From NCBI GenBank assembly GCA_964016885.1, contig OZ024740.1:427242001-427306000 (forward strand): 64,000 nucleotides of DNA, written 5' to 3'. Positions within the stretch are counted from its first letter, which is position 1. Every line of letters begins with the position of its first letter. Position numbers and translations under genes: made by a program. Under the pieces are notes generated by a model. The model did no database searches. It was not told the origin of the DNA and was given only the letters and a program-made list of their open reading frames with translations. Of the stretch, positions 55,262 through 64,000 are shown piece after piece. This stretch comes from Eledone cirrhosa. Lineage: Eukaryota.

Positions 55262-55304
55262 GTCATAGTCCTTTCGTCACACACTCTGTGACCTCTTCAG
55301 TGAC
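55262..55304 (-). ncRNA. type I hammerhead ribozyme in pLTR
   Basis: Reverse complement of 56218-56260; same strand as, and downstream of, the GIY-YIG ORF. Confidence 0.82.
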
Positions 55305-55602
55305 TGGGGATCCCTTTCTTTGTTTCTGTGCCTTTCCTTTCTTCTATCCTACGCCATTTTGTTTCTGTGTGTGTGTTGTGTGCTCAGTTTGCGCATGCGC
55401 CACATCCGGGTGTCTGTGTGTGTTTGTGTTCATTTATCTATTTGTTTATTTATTTATTTATTGTTGGTTGGTTGTTTGTTCTATGTGTGTGTGTGTTTTC
55501 ATTTTGTCCTGTGTGTGTTTTCATTTTGTCCTTAATTGTAAGTTGTTTGTTATATGTGTGTGTGTGTTTTCATTTTGTCCTGTGTGTGTTTTCATTTTGT
55601 CC

Positions 55603-55945
55603 TTAATTGTAAGTTGTGATGTTGCTGTTCCACTCATATTTTCTATTTAATTTTGGTTGTAATTCTTTTATGCTTACTGCCTCTGTAATTTGCCTAAACA
55701 TTGCATCTTTTCTGTGTGTGGATTCTATTTTCATTTCTATGTTCTCTAATCTACCCCTGTGTTCTATCTTAGCATGTTGGTAGAGCACAGATGATTCTTT
55801 ATTATCTTGGAGGTCTCGCCAGTGTTCATTTATTCGTTCCCCTATACTACGAGCTGTCTCACTTATGTACACTATATTTTTGTTTCTACATTGTCCTTCA
55901 GTACATCTTATGCTATACACTACATTTCTAGTTTTACAGTTAATA
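55603..55945 (-). pseudogene. Penelope-like GIY-YIG endonuclease domain (5' truncated)
   Basis: NCKTRNVVYSIRC....C....YISETARSIGERINEH...H...H...RQITEAV.I....PKLN. Confidence 0.9.
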
Positions 55946-56217
55946 CAGTTAATTTACAATAAATAAATAAATAAATATTGTTTCTACATTGTCCTTCAGT
56001 ACATCTTATGCTATACACTACATTTCTAGTTTTACAGTTAATACAGTTAATTTACAATAAATAAATAAATAAATAAACAAATAGATAAATGAACACAAAC
56101 ACACACAGACACCCGGATGTGGCGCATGCACAAACTGAGCACACAACACACACACAGAAACAAAATGGCGTAGGATAGAAGAAAGGAAAGGCACAGAAAC
56201 AAAGAAAGGGATCCCCA

Positions 56218-56260
56218 GTCACTGAAGAGGTCACAGAGTGTGTGACGAAAGGACTATGAC
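56218..56260 (+). ncRNA. type I hammerhead ribozyme in pLTR
   Basis: GUCA CUGAAGA gGUCACA gagug UGUGAC GAAA GGAC UA UGAC. Confidence 0.82.
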
Positions 56261-56453
56261 TATATATAAACAACTATTTGGTTGTGGAACCAACCAACCA
56301 ACCAGAAATTTATAAGTTTGTAAATTTGTAAATTTATAAATTTATAAATATATAATAAATTGAAGTGAAAGCAACTGGTGCGTGTGTTTCTTGTTGGCAA
56401 CATGACCCTCCCAAAGTATAACAATATATATATATATATACATATACATATAC

Positions 56454-56584
<131 letters not shown>

Positions 56585-57198
56585 TGTGTCTGTGTGTGTG
56601 TGTAACTAGGACCGAGTGATGCGTTGTGTCTTTGAGCTAGAGACTTTATTTCCGCTGCTCCTGTTTACTCAGCTGTAGAAATTAGTTGTGATGTCACTGG
56701 TGCCAAGCTGTATCGCTCATTGCCTTTCTCTTGGACAACATGGCTGACGTGAGGAAGGGTTATTGGTTTGTATGGGCGATTGCAGGTCCTCCACAAACAA
56801 ACTTTGCCCTAACTTGTGTCTCGTAGGGGAAATTTCTCGGTGCAAAACCATGATAATATATATATATATATATATCAGGAAAGAAGAGTGACACGGTTTG
56901 CTATACAAAAAAGGCTTTTAATCTCATTGCTGACAATTGTTTCTCTGAACTGGTAGGTCTAGAGATCGCTAGCCGCTTATTTTCGCGTTACTCGATCGCC
57001 AATACAAAGTTATAACATCCGCTACCCGGAGTACCATAACTGGACTAAACCTAAGTGGACTGCATATAACTATTATTTGTTACCCCGTATATATATTTAT
57101 ATAAACGAAGGAATTGTGGTAAGGAACCAGGTGGACCATAACGCACCAAAGTACTCCATACTTAGAGAAGTAGAGTGAGTTATAGGAACACAGTATGA

Positions 57199-57292
57199 CC
57201 CCGACGGCAGAGCTCAAGCCGTTTCGACGGCTATTTCTGGACTAAATAAGAATTGTTAGCCTGGTAAATAAATAGCCGAACTTCTCAGGGGG
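57199..57292 (-). ncRNA. type I hammerhead ribozyme with long stem II
   Basis: CCCC CUGAGAA GuuCGGCUAUUU..AAAUAGCCGuC GAAA CGGC uugagcucu GCCG UC GGGG; C3/A8 mismatch in this copy. Confidence 0.75.
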
Positions 57293-57827
57293 TATTTCCT
57301 TATATGGGAAGATAGTAATTGTCAAGAGGTTTGGTCAAAAGTTTGTTGTAAAGACAGATAAATCTATCATGGCATTTATGGGAGGTAGAGGTGGCTGAAC
57401 TTGCCGGTAGAACAAAGAGGGAGTGGGGAAACCCAGTCAGGCGTTGGAAGTGAAATCTATACAGCAGATTCTAAGGATAGTGTATTAAAGGTCGAAAAAA
57501 GTGTACTGGAGAAGAGGAGGGGGAGGGGGGTTGAAAGAATAGGTAAATCGAAAGGGAGTAGAAAAAACCGATTATAAAAATAAGGAAATATATATATAAA
57601 AACAATTTCTGGTTACTACTCCATTTCTACAATCACCAAATTTCTCATTGGTATTGCTAAGCTATAGAAGAGTTTAATAGGTGGAGAATGGGAAAAATAC
57701 TAAATACGAGATTGTAGTGAAAGAATTTTATAAAGCCGGCTTTACAGGGGCTCGAACACCGCTGCTATAGATAGTTAGTAATCAGCCAATGCTATCTTAC
57801 AATGACAGGTCAATAAGTTGAGAACAA

Positions 57828-57940
57828 AAATACTAAAATACTACTACAAAAATACTAATACAAAATACTAATACAAAAATACTAATACAAAAATACTAAT
57901 ACAAAAATACTAATACAAAAATACTACTACAAAAATACCA
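57828..57940 (+). repeat. 13/14-bp tandem repeat
   Basis: (CAAAAATACTAATA)n, about 8 units. Confidence 0.85.
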
Positions 57941-58034
57941 CTAAGACATTTAGAAACCATAGAAATGGAGCAGCAACCAGAAAGAAAAATAATTACTGGG
58001 GTCTAACACATCTGCTATAAACCTCATGTTGAGT

Positions 58035-58234
58035 NNNNNNNNNNNNNNNNNNNNNNNNNNNNNNNNNNNNNNNNNNNNNNNNNNNNNNNNNNNNNNNNNN
58101 NNNNNNNNNNNNNNNNNNNNNNNNNNNNNNNNNNNNNNNNNNNNNNNNNNNNNNNNNNNNNNNNNNNNNNNNNNNNNNNNNNNNNNNNNNNNNNNNNNNN
58201 NNNNNNNNNNNNNNNNNNNNNNNNNNNNNNNNNN
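58035..58234. other. assembly gap (200 N)
   Basis: Run of n. Confidence 1.
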
Positions 58235-58326
58235 TCTTTTCCTATTACCCACTCTACTACTATAAGTATCGAGTATTCTGGTGCGTTATGGTCCACCTGG
58301 TTTTTTACCACACTTTCTTTGTTATG

Positions 58327-58383
<57 letters not shown>

Positions 58384-58649
58384 CATATAGGAAACGGAGA
58401 ATCAGTGGTGCGACGAATTAAAATGTATTAGACATATTACAATCGTTTCTCTGGCGACCACTCGAGGCACGATCGATGCGCTGATCGAACCTGACTGAAA
58501 TTGTAAGATCCTCTCATACATCTCGATCTTTCGAAGCAGAGTTTCCAAAATGTGATATTATACTCTGCTCTGTAAGAGCATCGAGTGCTCAAACGGCCTA
58601 CCGCATACGGATGCCTTAAGCATCCCACACCAATTATATATATTTTGAG

Positions 58650-58858
58650 GAACGATCGACTTTCGTCAAATCAGACCGAGGAAACAATGTTTCCGTTGGT
58701 CTTTCCAATTGCTAATACTATCTATCGGTCGCAACTCCAGGTAGAAGGAGCGAGGTGAAATAAAGTGTCTTGCTCAAGTACATAACGCATCGCCTGGTCC
58801 AGGAATCGAACTCACAACCTTTCGATTGCGAATCCAATTCTCTAACCGCTCAGCCACA
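58650..58858 (-). mobile_element. tRNA-derived SINE family B
   Basis: Aligns along its length to 39730-39938. Confidence 0.8.
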
Positions 58859-58960
58859 AGCCTTCATATATATATATAGGAAAAAGTATGACCCCGACAG
58901 CAGAGCTCAAGCCGTTTCGACGGCTATTTCTGGACTGTATATATATATATATATATATAT

Positions 58961-59146
58961 GGAACCAGTAAGACCCCGACAGCTGAGCTCAAGCCGTTTC
59001 GACGGCTAATTCTGAATTAGCCGTCGAAACAGCTTGAGCTCAGCTGTCGGGGTCTTACTGGTTCCTATTACCCACTCTACTACCTCAAGTATTGAGTACT
59101 TTGGTGCGTTATGGTCCACCTGGTTCCTTACCACACTTCCTTCGTT
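58961..59146. mobile_element. miniature fold-back of the 57-kb hammerhead family
   Basis: Near-perfect palindrome 58961-59065 centred on AATTCTGAATT; (TA)n on both flanks. Confidence 0.85.
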
Positions 59147-59382
59147 ATATATATATATATATGTGAAAAAATGGGGAGAAGAATACTGCAGGTTGCACAT
59201 AGATAACATGTTATACAAATGAGTCTCTCATCAGTGATTTGCCAACGATCATAGATATTTCATTGCATTAAAAATCATATACCTCACGTTGGTGCAATAA
59301 TAACTAAATTAAGTTATTAGGACAATTAAAAACGCGTAAAGCGAGTGAGACAAGTAAACAACAAAGAGGAAAGCTAACCGTC

Positions 59383-59482
59383 GATAGGAAGGGCACAAGC
59401 TACATAGTTATTCTGTCAGTATAAGCTGGGTGAATATATGAGCGCGTAGAAAAAGACCTTTCGAGATATATATGTACATATA

Positions 59483-59540
<58 letters not shown>

Positions 59541-59642
59541 TATATGTATATATATATCTCGAAAGGTCTTTTTTCCTACGCGCTCATATATTCACCCAGC
59601 TTATGCTGACAGAATAACTATGTAGCTTGTGCCCTTCCTATC
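59383..59642. repeat. inverted repeat centred on (TA)n
   Basis: ~100-bp arms GATAGGAAGGGCACAAGC...GACCTTTCGAGATAT mirrored. Confidence 0.9.
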
Positions 59643-59645
59643 TTT

Positions 59646-59680
<35 letters not shown>

Positions 59681-59744
59681 ACATATATATATATAGACAT
59701 ATATATATACATATATATATATAGACATATATATATACATAGAC

Positions 59745-59821
<77 letters not shown>

Positions 59822-60169
59822 TGTGTATGCATATATGCATATATATATGTGTCTGTGTGTTTGTTTATACACACCGGTAACTCCGTGTGTAAGTATGTAG
59901 GTATGTGTGATATTGGTTTCTTCATTTTACTTAGTTTGAAGTAAAGAAGTGTTTTTTCTGCACATCAGTTGATTGAGATTTCTCATTGGTTGAGTGAAGA
60001 CAAGATAAAATAGTTGTATATTCGTTGTATAGTGGGGGGGGGGGGTGTAGGAGCTGGTGTTAGGGGGAGTAGGGTGAGGAATAGACATTGGTGATGTAAA
60101 GAGGAAAACACAAAGGTAGAAAATAGGAAGATATGAAGATAGAGAAATATAACGGTAGAGTAAGAAGAA

Positions 60170-60171
60170 AG

Positions 60172-60216
<45 letters not shown>

Positions 60217-60310
60217 AGAGAGAACGGGTGAGAGGTGAGAGAGAAGGATGAGAGTAGAGAGAGAAGAAAATAGAAAGAGGTGAGTAAAGAGAGAGAGAGA
60301 GAGGAGAAAC

Positions 60311-60381
<71 letters not shown>

Positions 60382-60568
60382 GAAAAGATAGAGGGAGTGT
60401 TGCGTGAGAAGAGAGAAAAGGATAGAGAGAGGGGAGAGGGAAAGTGATAGAGCGGAAAGAGGGAGGAGCGGGGAGGAAAAGACTGAGAAGAGAAAAGAGA
60501 GAGCGAAAAGAAAAATGAGGGAGATAGGGGTAAATAAAGACGAAGGAGAACAGAGAGAGAAAGGGTGA

Positions 60569-60601
<33 letters not shown>

Positions 60602-60697
60602 GGAGAGAGAGAGAGAGAGAGAGAGGAGGAAACAGAAAGGAGAAAAGCGAGGGAGATGGTGAGTAGACAGAGTAAAGTGAGAGAGAGAGAGGGGGAG

Positions 60698-60765
<68 letters not shown>

Positions 60766-61172
60766 AGGAGAAAAAGAGAGAGGGGTAAATAAAGAGAGAA
60801 GGAGAGGAGAAAAGAGTGAGACAGAAGAAACGAGAGAGAGAGAGAGAGAAGAAAGAGAGAGGAGGGTAAAGAAAGACGAAGGAGAACAGAGAGAGAGGGT
60901 GAAGAGAGAGAGAGAGAGAGAGAGAGGAGAAAGGAGAAAAGAGAGGAGAAGAGAGAGAGAGAGGAGGAAACAGAGAGGAGAAAAGCGAGAGAGATGGTGA
61001 GTAGACAGAGAGTAAAGTGAGAGAGAAAGAGAGGAGAAAAGAGAAAGAGAGAGATGGAAAAGAGAAAGAGGAGAAAAAGAGAGAGAAAGAGGATAAAAGA
61101 GAGGAGCAGAGGAGGAAAGAGTGAGACAAAAGAAACGAGAGAGAGAGAGAAGAAAGAAAGAGAGAGGGGGGG
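60170..61172 (+). repeat. polypurine (GA)n-rich tract
   Basis: About 1 kb of almost pure A/G with internal block duplications. Confidence 0.92.
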
Positions 61173-61482
61173 GGAATGTGATATATATATGCAATGACAA
61201 TACGTGATATGACTGAATTGCATGGGAAATGCTTGATTAGCTCTGAGGAGAAGATTTTCTATGGGAGAGATTTCAATATTTAGTTTTTGCTAGCACGTGA
61301 CTCTCAGGGGCTCATACTTCAATCCTTGCCTGGCTGGCCAAACAGACAGGAAGCTCTAGGAGATAATCCGATAATCAGCTCCACTAATCCGATTTATGTC
61401 GAAGTTTTATTTTTCTTGCTTTTCTTGTTTCCAGTGTTTGCTTGTTCGGTATATTTGTATATATGTATATATGTTTTCCTTG

Positions 61483-61602
<120 letters not shown>

Positions 61603-62374
61603 TGCGCGTGTGTGTGTCAGTGAGTGTGTGTGTATATATATATATACGTGTGTGTGTGTGTGTACGTGTGTGTGAATGTCGGTATGTACGTGTGTGTATG
61701 TGTATATATGTGTGTGTACGTGTGTGTATGTGAATGTCGGCATGTGCGTGTGTGTGCGCGTCTCTGTTTTAGTTAGGTTTTTTATTCCTCGTTTCTTTCT
61801 CATCTGTTTTTTTTTAAATCTTCTTCCTTCCCATTTTCTACCCAATTTCCACCCACATCCCCCCACATGCTACCTCCGCCCATATCCCCTCCACATTCCC
61901 TCTCCCCCACATGCTACCCCCCACACGCTACTACCCCCCACCCCCCACATGCTACCTACCCACTTACCACCTCTTTTCTTTGCATCAATGAATTTTTTTT
62001 TTCTCGAATTCTCGTTATATCAGATTATCAGAGAAAGAAAATATTTGTTGCAAGCAAACAGAAAGAACTGCAAAGAAGGAGAAGAGAAGGAAATTGAAGG
62101 ATATTGACAAATGTAAATCCATGCAAAGCTGTGTATGTAAGGACTGGTCGATAGTAAATAGATCTGTTATATAGAAGGAAGGTGGACGGGGGAATAGAGG
62201 AACGTGGGGTTGGGGGAGATGAGAGGATTGGCGGAGAGGTGGGTGGAAGAAGTTGATTAAAAGGAAGAAGATGGAACATTAAGAAGAGCTGAATGAAGAG
62301 GAGGAGATGAGGAATATCAGTATTAGGGGTGAAATAAAATGATAAAAGGATAACAATCGTAATGATAATAATAA

Positions 62375-62766
62375 TAATTGTTTCTACTTTTGGCACAAGA
62401 CCAGCAATTATCCCAATTTATTACTGGTACTATATTTTATCGCCCCGTAAGGATGTAACACAAAGTTAACCTCGGCGGGATTTGAACTCAGACCATAAAG
62501 GGCCGTAACTCTTTGCCTCAAAGCTTGGTGTCCGATCTCTACCGATACTGCCACTCCACCGCCCTTCGTAATAATAATGGTAATAATAATTGTTTCTACT
62601 TTAGGCACAAGGCCAGCAATTATCCCAGTGTATTACTGGTACTTTATTTTATCGACTCCGTAAGGATGAAAGGCAAAGTTAACCTCGGCGGGATTTGTAC
62701 TCAGATCGTAAAGGGACGTAACTATGCTGGAAGGCATGGCGTCCGACCTTCTACCGATACTGTCAA
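62375..62766 (-). mobile_element. two tandem SINE family A copies separated by (AAT)n
   Basis: Copies ~62375-62563 and ~62586-62766. Confidence 0.88.
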
Positions 62767-62770
62767 TGGT

Positions 62771-63150
62771 AATAATAATAATGATTTCATCTATTGGCCA
62801 TAAGGACCGGCATGTAGGGTACAATACAAAGACAGGGACAGTGGGAGTTTACAATAAGGTCGAGTAAAAGTGCACAATGGCAGGACTAATTTAACAATGA
62901 AGATGTAAAAAATATAAAATAAACTATGCATAAATATAACAAAATAAATTCCCCTATATGGGGCGGGGACACGACCCAGGGTGACTCAGGTGACCCACCA
63001 ATCCTAAACCACCCTGCGCTTCTAGGGCACCCATGGAGAGCACCCCTCTCGCCACATTTATCCACTTTTTAGCAAATGTACTGGGGGCAGCACTTCTCTC
63101 TCCACCCTCACCTTCCTTTCCAGGTGAAACTTGAAGAAGTTGATGAGGGA
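62771..63150 (-). mobile_element. 5'-truncated Tx1-like LINE 3' end (relative of 4133-10116)
   Basis: Minus translation LINFFKFHLERKVRVEREVL...TFAKKWINVAR matches ORF2 end LIDFFKFYLKRKIRVEREVL...FVERWVREAR; terminus GAAATC(ATT)n. Confidence 0.85.
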
Positions 63151-63409
63151 TTAGCCGAACCATAAAGAAGAAGAAGAAGAAGAAGAAGAAGAAGAAGAAG
63201 AAGAAGAAGAAGAAGAAGAGTTTGAGTAGGAGTGTGAGTAGGAGTGCGAGTAGTAGGAGGATACAGGAGAAATAGTGTGGGTGTTGGAAATGGAACCAAA
63301 AGGAAAATGAACGCCACTGGCAATGACCATAAACACAAGGACTCTGGTCAATACAGGAAGAAGATTAAAACAAACAAAAATATAAGTTAATGATGATAGT
63401 TTCCCAGAT

Positions 63410-63600
63410 AATAATTGTTTCTACTTTTGGCACAAGGCCACAATTACCCAGTGCATTACTGGTACTTTATTTTATCGACCCCATAAGGTTGAAAGGCAAA
63501 GTTAACCTCGGCGGGATTTGAACTCAGATCATAAAGGGACGTAACTCTATGCTTCAAAGCATGGCGTGCGACCGTCTACCGATACTGCCAATCCACCGCC
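63410..63600 (-). mobile_element. SINE family A
   Basis: Full copy; TSD-like ATTATCTG(G/A)GAA on the minus strand. Confidence 0.88.
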
Positions 63601-63905
63601 TTTCTCAGATAATAAGGATTCTCTCTAACATTGGCACAAGGCTAGAAATTTGGGAAAGGGGAAAGTCAATTTTATCGACCTCAGTACGTGACTGGTATTA
63701 TATTTTATTAATCCCAGAAAGAGAAAAGAAAAGTTAATAGAGGGTAAAGTCGATTAAATGGACACCCGAGTATTACAGGTACCTTATTTTATCGACACAA
63801 TAATGATGAAAGACAAAGCTAATCTTACAAGGATCAGCACACAGATTGTAAAGGGACGTAACACTATGCCGTAAAGCATAATAACAATAATCATTATTAA
63901 TAATA

Positions 63906-64000
63906 TGGGTGGATTGGCAGTATCGGTAGAGGGTCGGACGCCATGCTTTCCAGCATAGTTACGTCCCTTTACGATCTGAGTTCAAATCCCGCCGAGGTTG
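63906..64000 (+). mobile_element. SINE family A (runs off window)
   Basis: Head through B box. Confidence 0.85.

Larger units (their letters stand above)
55037..56425 (-). mobile_element. 5'-truncated Penelope-like element with inverted pLTR
   Basis: GIY-YIG ORF on minus; arms ~55095-55460 and ~56060-56425 inverted; (TA)n on both flanks; ~100-bp duplication at the inversion junction. Confidence 0.92.
57100..58325. mobile_element. hammerhead-bearing fold-back element spanning the assembly gap
   Basis: Minus arm from (TA)n at ~57100; plus-orientation 3' end at 58235-58325 running into (TA)n. Confidence 0.65.

Noticed and set aside
59927-61223. Three ~400-aa L/S/F-rich minus-strand ORFs
   Set aside because: Translations of a (CT)n tract that lacks stop codons by composition.

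Overview
AT-rich animal genomic DNA, almost entirely repeats, with one assembly gap (58035-58234). The abundant tRNA-derived SINE resembles octopod cephalopod SINEs (recognition, not a search). No host protein-coding gene is supported; most ORF-track entries are microsatellite translations. Contents: (1) a near full-length R4/Dong-type RLE LINE (minus) and a near full-length Tx1-type APE LINE (plus), 5'-to-5' across one shared (ATT)n tract; (2) a decayed R4-type LINE bounded by (CATA)n; (3) several Helitrons, one nested; (4) a Buster/SPIN-type hAT element with a perfect 8-bp TSD; (5) about 20 SINE copies; (6) minisatellites. The most notable signal is a set of head-to-head fold-back insertions in (TA)n tracts from at least five unrelated families, each with a type I hammerhead ribozyme motif. 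Two families retain Penelope-like GIY-YIG fragments. Two are non-coding permuted tandem monomers (431 and ~590 nt, one hammerhead each), as expected of retrozyme-like circular RNAs copied into the genome. All calls were read by eye; ends are approximate unless a TSD or terminus is quoted.
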